Below are positions 48,591-57,760 of a DNA stretch of 64,000 nucleotides, one piece after another. Under the pieces are notes generated by a model. That model saw only the letters and a list, made by a program, of their open reading frames with translations, searched no databases and had not been told where the DNA came from. The stretch comes from a virus. The position numbers and the translations under genes were made by a program. The stretch covers positions 46,946 to 110,945 of the IMG/VR virus record IMGVR_UViG_3300023176_007894, one strand, 5' to 3'. The number at the start of each line of letters is the position of its first letter. The stretch's first letter is position 1.

Positions 48591-51188
48591 TTATTCAGAA
48601 ATTATAAATGTTGCTGGATTTAATACTGAAGTATTTGCAGAGCGATTAAGTTTGTCTAGATTAAATACAAAACCTCCATCTGTATCGGTTACCCCAAGAG
48701 AGTTACAAACTGTAAATTTATTATTTACATCGTAGGTATTATTGAGCTGAATTCCGTCTGCGTACGACTGGTATGTGTAAATTGTTCCTCCATTCGCAGC
48801 CGTACCTCCTTCGGATACATTTTCAAAATTTAAATTACTTACATTAGAAACAGTGGTTCCTATCGGAGCTAATCCTGCCCCTAAGCTTGTTGGGGAAGCT
48901 ATGATTGTTCTTTCTTCAAAACCTTCTAATGTATAGGTTGGATTTGTAGAAATTGAGGTTGTTGATATGTTTGCTAGATTTGTTGCGGACACCTGCCAAT
49001 TAAATGTACCTTTTGTATCTGAGTCTGTGACCGTGATTGAGTATGAGTTACTATTTTTACCTGTGCCCGAACTATTTTGAGTAAGTGAAGACGGATTAGT
49101 TTGGCTCGAGTCGGTTCCAAGTGTTGGATTGCTAAGCATTAATTGAGAGCTAACTAAATTAAACTGATCAGAAATTCCTGCAGCAGAACTACTTAATTTT
49201 GATGCGAGATTTGTGATTGATAATATTAATGGGGTGTTTGCTATATTTACAATTTTATATGATTCAATTGTGGCGCCATTTGATAATTTTGTTGCAGATA
49301 TTTTAAAATTATTAACTCCGCCATCACCGTCAATATTGTATCCACCATTTAGGTAGTCTGTATTTTTATTTGCTTCAAATGTTGTTGAATTTGAAATTGT
49401 AAGCTCGGAGTTTGGAGAGGAGTATGAGATTGTATCAAAATTTGATACAGAGTTTGAGACTGTCGCTGACTCTGTTGATTTAATCGCTTGTTGGGAGGCC
49501 GGGTATGTTACAGAAGAAATCTGAACTAATGGTATGCTTGCGTTGTTTATTTCTGCTGAATTTGTGGATGTAAATGTGTCGCTGGTGGTGCTGAAGTTGT
49601 TTCTTGCTCTAAAGTCAGCCGTTTGACTTCCGTCTCTAGATCCATCTCCAAGTGTCCCGAAGACATTGATCGGTACTATGAATTTAAAGCTACCATCGCC
49701 TAGTGTTGTTTTGGTATAGGAAGAAATGTATGATGTTTGAGAGCCGTCAGAAAGTCCGTTGTTTAATACTGATATAGATATATCGTTTATTGATACCCCA
49801 TTTCCGTCGATATAAACCTCTGATTCAACCGTATCTCCAGCTTTCAACTCCCCTGTTCCTATGATATTAGGGGATGTTGCTGAACTAGCAGTTTGATTGA
49901 CAGTTGCTCCAGTTATAACTGGACCGTTAGCTATTTTAATTTTTACGTTTTCTGTGTCAGTTGCTCCATTTCCTGTCCTGTAGACATATATTGTTAAATT
50001 GTCTGAGTTATTATATATACCACTAACATATGATACTGTTTTGCTTGTTTCGAAAAGATTTTTATTGTTTATTGAGATAAGATTATCCAGCTCTGTATAT
50101 TGAATAAAATCAGTTCCACTATTCCAATTACTAATTGAATTTGATAATATGACTGATTCCCCTTCTCTTAATCCATCAGATCTACCGTTGTAGTTGGTAG
50201 GGTCCGTGGCTGATATAATCGGGTATGTTTGATCTAAATCTCTTGTGCCACTTCCGTGGGTAAATGAATCTGATCTTATAGCTTGTCCTGTTGATCCAAA
50301 GCTGTTTATTGCTTGAATAGCTACTCCCTGAGATCCATTATTTGAAGATACCGTAATTGGTATCGTCGCTCTATAGGTTCCGCTAATATTTGATAAGGGG
50401 TAATTCGTGAACCCTATTTCTTCTGCTATTCCTGAGTTTAAAACTTTAATTAGAGATACATCATTTGTGTTAAAGTCTGCATAGACATTTATTTGATCTC
50501 CTTGTTTTAGGTGGGTCGACCCTAGTAGTTCGCCAGGCTTGGCTGTTGCATTTTCTATTGAATCTATAAATATATTGGTTGCCTCGGGCCCTGCTCCTAA
50601 TTCATTTAGGGGTAATGTGATTGTTCTGTTATTTGCTCTGCCGGTTATAGCATTCAAGCCTACTGCGTTAAAGTTATCTATGTAACCAATAAATCTTCTT
50701 GTGTGAGAGCCGAGTTCCTGTATGTTTTGAAATGGTATTTTTTGGTCATTAATGTAAGCCTCACCCATGTAGTCATCATTAGGTCCATCCCACTGGAGTT
50801 CCACCCTTAGGTCTGCTGCCGAGGCTACCGTGACACCTGATAGATATAAGTTGGTGCTCGGGGTTTGATAGAAGGTTTTTTCAGTAATTCCGTTATTATC
50901 AGAAACATCGGAAAAGAATAAAAATTCTGCAGACCCCGACAATGTTTGTTCTATGGTAGTTCCACCTCCTCCAAGTAGACCTGTAATCTCTACGCCATTA
51001 ACTGTTAGTCCATTTGTGAAATTACCACTAGCAAATTCAACGTCATCTGTGGTTCTTACATTTTGGTCCATGGAGACAAGTAGTCCGCCGAAATACAAAT
51101 TATCAAAAACACCTGTTGCCCAGGCTTTTTGTATTTTACCTACTCCGCCTTCACCGCTGTTTCTTGGAACTAGATTTCTTGTAGCCAT
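48591..51188 (-). CDS. Large S/T/N-rich virion structural protein
   Basis: Beta-rich, 865 aa. N-terminus MATRNLVPRNSGEG is shared with fibre 35703. Confidence 0.6.
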   Translation of the reverse strand: MATRNLVPRNSGEGGVGKIQKAWATGVFDNLYFGGLLVSMDQNVRTTDDVEFASGNFTNGLTVNGVEITGLLGGGGTTIEQTLSGSAEFLFFSDVSDNNGITEKTFYQTPSTNLYLSGVTVASAADLRVELQWDGPNDDYMGEAYINDQKIPFQNIQELGSHTRRFIGYIDNFNAVGLNAITGRANNRTITLPLNELGAGPEATNIFIDSIENATAKPGELLGSTHLKQGDQINVYADFNTNDVSLIKVLNSGIAEEIGFTNYPLSNISGTYRATIPITVSSNNGSQGVAIQAINSFGSTGQAIRSDSFTHGSGTRDLDQTYPIISATDPTNYNGRSDGLREGESVILSNSISNWNSGTDFIQYTELDNLISINNKNLFETSKTVSYVSGIYNNSDNLTIYVYRTGNGATDTENVKIKIANGPVITGATVNQTASSATSPNIIGTGELKAGDTVESEVYIDGNGVSINDISISVLNNGLSDGSQTSYISSYTKTTLGDGSFKFIVPINVFGTLGDGSRDGSQTADFRARNNFSTTSDTFTSTNSAEINNASIPLVQISSVTYPASQQAIKSTESATVSNSVSNFDTISYSSPNSELTISNSTTFEANKNTDYLNGGYNIDGDGGVNNFKISATKLSNGATIESYKIVNIANTPLILSITNLASKLSSSAAGISDQFNLVSSQLMLSNPTLGTDSSQTNPSSLTQNSSGTGKNSNSYSITVTDSDTKGTFNWQVSATNLANISTTSISTNPTYTLEGFEERTIIASPTSLGAGLAPIGTTVSNVSNLNFENVSEGGTAANGGTIYTYQSYADGIQLNNTYDVNNKFTVCNSLGVTDTDGGFVFNLDKLNRSANTSVLNPATFIISE

Positions 51189-51197
51189 CTATTTTAT

Positions 51198-51202
51198 TAC
51201 AC
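51198..51202 (-). promoter_or_regulatory. GTGTA putative late promoter
   Basis: 9 nt before ATG 51188. Confidence 0.6.
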
Positions 51203-51211
51203 TATTGATTA

Positions 51212-52033
51212 TTAAAAGGATATTTCATCCGTAAAAGCTTCTGGGCCCGTATTGTATCTCCAAAAATTATTTCTTAATTCTAGATCTGTTTGATTCCTTA
51301 AAATCCACATCGTGTCCGAAATTAGCGGGGAATTGCTAGGAACTAGATCGCCATCACTATCTAATTCAAAAGCTTCTTCCCCTGCGTATTGACCATTTGA
51401 GTCAAAAAGGGTATGTATTCTATAATTATCATTTGGAAGCCTTTCTGGAAACACTACAAAGTAAGAACCTGTGTTTATTCCTGATACTATATAGTCAACT
51501 ATCTTCCCTTCACCTGTAACTTCTAGTGTGGAATTGATTTTAGGTATAGAATCAAAAGAGGATGGAAATGTTATTTCGTAGGTGAAATCTCCCGAATTTA
51601 AATCTGTAAAAAATGAATAGGTTTGTCCGTCGGCCTCTAGCTCACCTACTGTAACTGCGAGATTATCAATTCTTTCTTGTAATCCTGATATTTGAGCGTC
51701 GTGAATTTCATCTTTAGCTAGTAGCCCTGAGATTGCAGGGTATATGTCTACCCCGTTCACTATTAAAGGGCCTGTTACATTAAGCACTTCAAAGTTTCCA
51801 GATGATCCAGAGAGGGATTCTGTTATATTAAGTACTTCAAAGTTTCCAGATAATCCAGTGATTGAATCTTGATTCGATCCGCCGGAAAAACCGCTTATAT
51901 TTTTTGCGGTTATTGTATCTACAATAAGTTCCTTATCCTTTATTAATACGAGAGGGTCTAGGTGGTTATCACCTATGATATATTCATTATTCCCAATTTT
52001 TTTAATTGGGTAATTTGTTTGAAAGAAATGCAT
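51212..52033 (-). CDS. Fibre-like protein with H-lectin-like domain
   Basis: Short coil, then YSFFTDLNSG..ITFPSSFDSIPKI, homologous to the module in 35703..39215. Confidence 0.6.
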   Translation of the reverse strand: MHFFQTNYPIKKIGNNEYIIGDNHLDPLVLIKDKELIVDTITAKNISGFSGGSNQDSITGLSGNFEVLNITESLSGSSGNFEVLNVTGPLIVNGVDIYPAISGLLAKDEIHDAQISGLQERIDNLAVTVGELEADGQTYSFFTDLNSGDFTYEITFPSSFDSIPKINSTLEVTGEGKIVDYIVSGINTGSYFVVFPERLPNDNYRIHTLFDSNGQYAGEEAFELDSDGDLVPSNSPLISDTMWILRNQTDLELRNNFWRYNTGPEAFTDEISF

Positions 52034-53061
52034 TAGATTAGCAGACCTCCGGTTACTTTATATGTTATTGAATAAGTGAGGGTGTATCCTGATATAGTGT
52101 GTGGTCTTTTTACGAAAATTCTTCCGGCTTCATCATTGTTGATTTTGACACCGAAATCTGGATCTAAATATAGAATGTCATCGGTTTCTGGCGATACGGG
52201 TTCTGAATTTAAAAATCTTCTATCTGCAGTATGGAATTGTAGTGGATACGGAGATCTATTGAATAATGTAACGTGATCCACCAAGCCTCTTTCATAAAGT
52301 TTATTATAGTCTTCTAGCTCATAGGAATTTATTAAGCTTGCCCCGCTATTTTCTTGCCTTAAGCCAAATCTAGTGTCGGTATGAAAAACGTATTTATAGT
52401 CTTGATCTCTATTATTACTAGTTTCTTCTGACATTAAGAAGTACTCTGGGTGACCAGTCTCTGGATTATTATCAAATTGCCTTGCACTGCTATAATATGT
52501 TCCGTATATATCTGACATTAATGATCTATCTTGCCCATAGGTTACTCCGGAACTAATTCCATATCTTATGTCATCAGGTATATTTTCAAGCAGTATAAAG
52601 TCTTCTTCGATTTTCTGAGTGACGGTTTTGGTTCTTAATTTGAACTGCTGTACATTATCTGGGTTGAGATTGATTTTCCCAGTTATTCCAACATTGCCCT
52701 CTATATCTTTGAGAGCTCCAGATATTCCAGATAACAACCTATGGGTTTCTGTATCGTGGTCTATGTCGACTCCAGTATGGATATCGTCAAGTAAGCCAGA
52801 TATTCCGGATAATAACTTATGAGTTTCTGTGTCGTGATCTAGGTCAACACCAATATGAATGTCTTGCAGTACTCCGGTGAGGTCACGAACTGCATCAGAT
52901 ATTCCAGATAAGCTATCTTGAATTTCTGAAAAATTAAGAGGTTCCCACCTGCCTGATAAGCTATTCCATTTGTATGAAAAATTAGGCTGCGGAGATAGGT
53001 GGTCTAATTTTGTTATATCCGTATATAACGGATTATTTTTGTAGTCTTCTGGGTGTGACAT
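52033..53061 (-). CDS. Hypothetical virion-associated protein with 26-aa repeat
   Basis: DIHxGVDxDHDTETHxLLSGIS twice (78-bp period, 52718-52873); GTGTA upstream. Confidence 0.55.
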   Translation of the reverse strand: MSHPEDYKNNPLYTDITKLDHLSPQPNFSYKWNSLSGRWEPLNFSEIQDSLSGISDAVRDLTGVLQDIHIGVDLDHDTETHKLLSGISGLLDDIHTGVDIDHDTETHRLLSGISGALKDIEGNVGITGKINLNPDNVQQFKLRTKTVTQKIEEDFILLENIPDDIRYGISSGVTYGQDRSLMSDIYGTYYSSARQFDNNPETGHPEYFLMSEETSNNRDQDYKYVFHTDTRFGLRQENSGASLINSYELEDYNKLYERGLVDHVTLFNRSPYPLQFHTADRRFLNSEPVSPETDDILYLDPDFGVKINNDEAGRIFVKRPHTISGYTLTYSITYKVTGGLLI

Positions 53062-53073
53062 CGCAGAAGATAT

Positions 53074-53078
53074 TACAC
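53074..53078 (-). promoter_or_regulatory. GTGTA putative late promoter
   Basis: 12 nt before ATG 53061. Confidence 0.55.
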
Positions 53079-53085
53079 AGAAAAC

Positions 53086-53430
53086 CTAGTCTCTGTCTAA
53101 GTGGTGTTTAATACCATTTCTCTTTTTGCTATATTCTTGGAAATATTTTTTTTGTACTGGATCAAATCCTAGCTTGTTTTTTCTTTTTTCGCTCATTTCT
53201 TTGCTTCTGTCCATTAGTTCTCCATAAGTTCCTTTTGTGGAGCCTGTTTTTTCCAGAAACTGTTTATTGCTAAATGGGTCTATGTTTGCATCTATGCTGG
53301 CATTAGGAGAAGTGAATACTCTATTCCACTTTATCCCTTCTGAATCTATGTATACATGATCTTCATTCATGCCTTGAAGAATATCTTTTGTTTCTCCAGT
53401 TTCAGGGTGTTCGTATGTATATAGAGGCAT
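53086..53430 (-). CDS. FmdB-like small protein (Cys-less)
   Basis: MPLYTYEHPETGE start typical of the FmdB-like family. Confidence 0.5.
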   Translation of the reverse strand: MPLYTYEHPETGETKDILQGMNEDHVYIDSEGIKWNRVFTSPNASIDANIDPFSNKQFLEKTGSTKGTYGELMDRSKEMSEKRKNKLGFDPVQKKYFQEYSKKRNGIKHHLDRD

Positions 53431-54488
53431 TATTGTAGTAGTTTTTCTAGTGTTTTATCGTAAGAGAACTTGTCCTTAAGTTTTTCTCCTTCAATGTTTT
53501 TAATCTTACACTTGGTTTCTGCTTTTTCCATTGCAGAAATAAACTCATCATCATTAAATGTATATATATTGCCCTGATTGAAATCAGTACCTTCTTTGAA
53601 GAATACATTGTCGTATACCGGCTCCTTGCCGTCTGGTTCAATTAGTATGCAATTATCTTTAGTCGCCCAGTCCTTATGGCTAGTTGAGTTTAGAACTATA
53701 CTCCACTTTCCTAGGCATGAGGCATTAAACGATGGAAGATTCCATCCTTCTGCGCCACTCATTCCACCTAGATCGATATCTATCGAATTAATATAATCAT
53801 TTACCTGTGCGTTCTTCGGAAGAAATGGTAAAAAATTTACGTTTCCGTATCTTTTTCCTTCAAGCATTTGAGAGATAGCGGCTTCCATTTGCTCTTTTTT
53901 GTAGAAAGGGTTTGTTATACAACAGGTTAATTGATATTTATAATTGTTTCCATATTTCTTGATCCAGCATTTTATGATTTTTTCAGTATGCTTTCTTTTT
54001 TCAAATTTACCCATTAGTCCGAAATGTATTTTATCTGTCATATAAGACTTTTCTGTTTCAAAGAAGTCTTCGTCAAAGCCAAGAGGAACGTATCTTGAAT
54101 TGCCCCCAAAAGCTTTTGATGCGTAAGAACTACTAAAAACCATATCGTCTTGCATGTTGGCAATATTCCTCTCGCTTTCAGTGGGTTGGTCTAGTTCGTA
54201 AAATGTATACAGGGTCTGCTTTGAGGATATTCTATTCTCCGCTCCATTTAAATGCCACATTTGAAGGGTTGTTAAATCCTTATCGAGTTTTTTATATCTT
54301 GAATTTATGGATTCTTCCATCCAGCTTTTAAATTCACTGTTTTCGAGATTGTAAGCGGATACATCTGGATTCCCTGTTGGAAATAAAGCTACATCCATAT
54401 TCTTCCTAAACATTGCTTTTATTAGGTTGAATGATACATTCCCGAAGGAAAGAGAATTTATTGGTCCTTTATATATTATTCTTTTCAT
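53430..54488 (-). CDS. Glycosyltransferase (GT-B, GT4-like)
   Basis: YVPLGFD, MGKFEKRKH and AEGWNLPSFNASCLGK. Confidence 0.72.
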   Translation of the reverse strand: MKRIIYKGPINSLSFGNVSFNLIKAMFRKNMDVALFPTGNPDVSAYNLENSEFKSWMEESINSRYKKLDKDLTTLQMWHLNGAENRISSKQTLYTFYELDQPTESERNIANMQDDMVFSSSYASKAFGGNSRYVPLGFDEDFFETEKSYMTDKIHFGLMGKFEKRKHTEKIIKCWIKKYGNNYKYQLTCCITNPFYKKEQMEAAISQMLEGKRYGNVNFLPFLPKNAQVNDYINSIDIDLGGMSGAEGWNLPSFNASCLGKWSIVLNSTSHKDWATKDNCILIEPDGKEPVYDNVFFKEGTDFNQGNIYTFNDDEFISAMEKAETKCKIKNIEGEKLKDKFSYDKTLEKLLQ

Positions 54489-54862
54489 TAAAATGGAATA
54501 TCTGCGAACTCATCCTCTTCTTCTTGAGTCTGGCTTTGTGTTTCACCCTCGTTGGTTTCTTCGGACTTATCTAGGAAGGTAACTAGGTCTGCAACACAGT
54601 AAATCTTGCTTCTTTTTTCTCCAGCTTTTGAGGTCCATGTATTCAGTTTGATCCTTCCCTCTATTAAGACTTTCCTTCCTTTAGATAGGAATCTAGAGCA
54701 ATTATCTGCAGTTTTATTCCAGGTCTCTATGTCAATATATGTTACGGTTTTGTCTAGCTTGTTGTTGATCGCGACACTAAATGTACAAACTTTTTTGCCA
54801 GACGAGACTTCCTTAATGTTTGGGTCGTTCGTTAAATTTCCTAATATTATTAATTTGTTCAT
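54488..54862 (-). CDS. ssb: Single-stranded DNA-binding protein
   Basis: MNKLIILGNLTNDP, LSKGRKVLIEGRI and acidic DIPF tail. Confidence 0.93.
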   Translation of the reverse strand: MNKLIILGNLTNDPNIKEVSSGKKVCTFSVAINNKLDKTVTYIDIETWNKTADNCSRFLSKGRKVLIEGRIKLNTWTSKAGEKRSKIYCVADLVTFLDKSEETNEGETQSQTQEEEDEFADIPF

Positions 54863-54867
54863 TTCGT

Positions 54868-55455
54868 TTAGTTTTCTTGTAGTTCTTCGTTTACATACTT
54901 TACTGCAGAGTTATGTATGTTTATGCATCCTTGTATGCTTAATTTTAATTTGTTTCCTATTTTTTTCCACGGCATAACCTTATTTTTTGAACCAACAATA
55001 TATCTCATATTGAATATTTTCTCAACTCTTTTGTCTGGGTGTGATGAAATTATCTTTAAAACCTTATTAAATAGATCTTTCTCGATAAAGTCTTCAATAT
55101 TGTTTTCTCCGTGGGTTTCTGTTTTAATGTTATCTATAAAGTCGATCGGTAGCGATGGCCTTCTTTTGTTCCTGTTGTATATATTAAGACACATCCATTT
55201 CGTTTCATTTCCTAGGTATGTACTGAATTTAGCTCCCCTAGTTTCATCAAACTTTACTGCAGCCTTGTATATCCTGTATTGTTTATCGTTAATTAACTCA
55301 TCCCTATCTATGAAAGGGCTATCGCTAGATGAAAAAGCGTTTACCATATCAAGGTAAATGCCGCTATGCCTTTCAGTTAATTCTGATAAGCTTTTGGATA
55401 CATCATTATTAGACTGTATATTATTTATTAAATCTTGATCTGTAAGCTCTTTCAT
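54868..55455 (-). CDS. Phage-encoded sigma70-family sigma factor
   Basis: Region 2 IYKAAVKFDETRGAKFSTY; region 4 HTH WKKIGNKLKLSIQGCINIH. Confidence 0.75.
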   Translation of the reverse strand: MKELTDQDLINNIQSNNDVSKSLSELTERHSGIYLDMVNAFSSSDSPFIDRDELINDKQYRIYKAAVKFDETRGAKFSTYLGNETKWMCLNIYNRNKRRPSLPIDFIDNIKTETHGENNIEDFIEKDLFNKVLKIISSHPDKRVEKIFNMRYIVGSKNKVMPWKKIGNKLKLSIQGCINIHNSAVKYVNEELQEN

Positions 55456-56000
55456 AGGATTTTTTTTAGTGTTTTTTCTACGGTTGACCTAATACTGTCG
55501 CAGTTAAGGCTATTAAAATTTCTCCACTTTAAATTTATCATGGATTTGCTTTTTAAGATAGGGTCATTGGCTAACTCTTCTTCGTTAGGGGCCTTGTTGC
55601 CAACTCTTTCTATATGTATACTATGTCCGTTTTTTGAGTGAATCCATTCTATTTCGTTGTCATATCTTACGTCCGTGATGAATACGATGTGGTTTTTGTA
55701 TTTTTTATCGTTTAGTTTATTCTCGACTTTGGATATCCAGCAGTTTTTGTTTATTTTTCTCCTTATGTGTGTGCCGTAACAAACAAGAAATGGTCTTATC
55801 AACTCCTTCTCTTCTGGGTCTTCTGTAAATGCTGAGATTCCTGTATTGCTTTTTAAGAAATTATCGCACTCCAACTTTAGTTCATCCGCGAAAGCAAATC
55901 TAGATGATTCCTGAGATGATTCTTTTAGAATTTCACTTGAGACATTAAAGAAAGAATCCTTGCCACATCTAGCGAGTCCTGATATTCCTATAATTTTCAT
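55452..56000 (-). CDS. Deoxynucleoside monophosphate kinase
   Basis: IIGISGLARCGKD, FAFADELK, YGTHIRR and ITDVRYDNE. Confidence 0.82.
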   Translation of the reverse strand: MKIIGISGLARCGKDSFFNVSSEILKESSQESSRFAFADELKLECDNFLKSNTGISAFTEDPEEKELIRPFLVCYGTHIRRKINKNCWISKVENKLNDKKYKNHIVFITDVRYDNEIEWIHSKNGHSIHIERVGNKAPNEEELANDPILKSKSMINLKWRNFNSLNCDSIRSTVEKTLKKIL

Positions 56001-56003
56001 TAT

Positions 56004-56312
56004 TTATGCTCCGAAAATATATTTAACATTACTTGATAGTTCGTGAAGTCCTGCATTTGCAAGCATCCTTGATACTGAATGGTATTCAACATAGTAATCT
56101 TCATCGGTGAAATCATCCGGCAAATGCTCAAGCTCGTTAATTTTTTGGGTTATCATCACCGATGATAACTTTAATGACTTATCATAAGACTCTAGCATAC
56201 TTACGAGTGACATAGTACAAGCTTCTTCCGCAGAATCAGCCTGAACTACCACACTCCAGTCGGCACACTTTACTATGTATCCACTATTTTTAGTTAAGTC
56301 TAAAATAAACAT
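56004..56312 (-). CDS. Hypothetical protein
   Basis: 102 aa; first gene after a sigma70 promoter. Confidence 0.6.
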   Translation of the reverse strand: MFILDLTKNSGYIVKCADWSVVVQADSAEEACTMSLVSMLESYDKSLKLSSVMITQKINELEHLPDDFTDEDYYVEYHSVSRMLANAGLHELSSNVKYIFGA

Positions 56313-56318
56313 GTCTAG

Positions 56319-56347
56319 ATCTTATCATCTTTCTTACATTTTGTCAA
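56319..56347 (-). promoter_or_regulatory. sigma70 promoter (leaderless) for the kinase-sigma-ssb operon
   Basis: TTGACA-17-TAAGAT with extended TG; ATG 6 nt downstream. Confidence 0.8.
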
Positions 56348-56472
56348 CTTTTATTATTATATATATAAAAAAAATAAGTATAAAAGTAAACCTATATTAA
56401 TAACAACATCCAATTTTTTGTATGTGCGTCGTACATTTTTTTGAATCCTGAATGAGTTTTTAAAGTTCCTTA

Positions 56473-56501
56473 TTGACTTTTGGATCTTGCACTGTTATGA
56501 T
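56473..56501 (+). promoter_or_regulatory. sigma70 promoter (leaderless)
   Basis: TTGACT-17-TATGAT with extended TG; ATG 7 nt downstream at 56509. Confidence 0.8.
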
Positions 56502-56508
56502 TAAGCTC

Positions 56509-56832
56509 ATGAGAAAATTTATACAGGTACCGATGGAGATACAAGAAGATGTTATATCAGGCAAGCTCATAGGTAATGACCTAGTTGTATACAACTACCT
56601 ACTAACGAAAGGATCTCACGGAAAACCCTTTTTCTTCTCCAATGAGAAAATCGGCAATGACCTAGGAGGTATGTCTTACGGAAAAATATCTGCAAGTCTG
56701 GGCAGACTATCAAAAGCCCAACACATAAAAAGAAAAAAAACCTGCAACAAGACATCAACTCAACTATTAACCTTCATAACAAATTCTAAACTTATCAAAA
56801 TCAGAGGAAAGCTTTATGAGAATATCAGTTAG
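56509..56832 (+). CDS. Winged-HTH DNA-binding protein (replication-initiator N-terminal-like)
   Basis: FIQVP..LIGNDLVVYNYL..FFSNEKIGNDLG.MSYGKISASLGRL..HI. Confidence 0.6.
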   Translation: MRKFIQVPMEIQEDVISGKLIGNDLVVYNYLLTKGSHGKPFFFSNEKIGNDLGGMSYGKISASLGRLSKAQHIKRKKTCNKTSTQLLTFITNSKLIKIRGKLYENIS

Positions 56833-57760
56833 GATCGAGGGCGGCCTAGGGGACCATTTCGCCGCAAATAGATTTATACCAGCAATCAAAGAAAAGTATA
56901 AGGGTTGCAAAATCGACTTATTTTCAGATACAGAAGGCAACTCTAATCAATCAGATGTTCTAAAAAAAATGTGGCCCTCTCATTTTGAAAATATATTTGT
57001 TATACCAAACAAGAAGTTCAAAAACTTTAAAATAAAAAGCTCAAACTTTCCAGAAGAATCGCACCCAGGTAATATAAAAAATGTACCAGATGAGATTTTC
57101 AATCAAATGACAGAAAACTATGACAGGTTCTACGACCTACATATCGATTCCCTTGATTGGTTGAACCATGATTACAATTGGCTAAAGTATTTTCATTTTT
57201 TTCCAAAGCCAGAAATAGAATTCAAGGAGTCTTCAAGTGGTGAAAAGTTTATCCTTGCGCATCTTTACGCCAGGGATGACGCAGACTCAAACATGGAAGA
57301 CTGGTACATTAAAAAACTATTATCCAGTATAAGTAGAGAATTTAAAGTTGTAGTACTTTGTGACGAAAACTCAATAAACGCATACCAAGATCTAGACGAT
57401 GACAGTGAGAATATAATATTAAAGCAGGCGTCCATTCATGAAATTTTCGAACTGTCCCAAAACTGCATAGCCATGTTTGGAGTGGACTCGGGGATTAGGT
57501 ATATACCATATCACTTCGGCAAACCCACATTTACTTTCTCAAAATACTGCAACCAGTATGGCAAGGTACAATACTCCTATTTAATCAGGTGGTTATATAA
57601 CGAAAAGTTCGTATTTCCATTACATTATGACGTGAAAAGCGCAGGTCAAATAATCAAGAACACTTTAAAAAATCCAGCTTACAAACTATACCCATTCCTA
57701 CTTGACAACATAGAGCAACTTGTAGCTCAAAGAGATATAACTGAATACATAACATCATGA
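56816..57760 (+). CDS. Glycosyltransferase, GT9-like
   Basis: RIEGGLGD and FGVDSG motifs. Confidence 0.65.
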   Translation: MRISVRIEGGLGDHFAANRFIPAIKEKYKGCKIDLFSDTEGNSNQSDVLKKMWPSHFENIFVIPNKKFKNFKIKSSNFPEESHPGNIKNVPDEIFNQMTENYDRFYDLHIDSLDWLNHDYNWLKYFHFFPKPEIEFKESSSGEKFILAHLYARDDADSNMEDWYIKKLLSSISREFKVVVLCDENSINAYQDLDDDSENIILKQASIHEIFELSQNCIAMFGVDSGIRYIPYHFGKPTFTFSKYCNQYGKVQYSYLIRWLYNEKFVFPLHYDVKSAGQIIKNTLKNPAYKLYPFLLDNIEQLVAQRDITEYITS

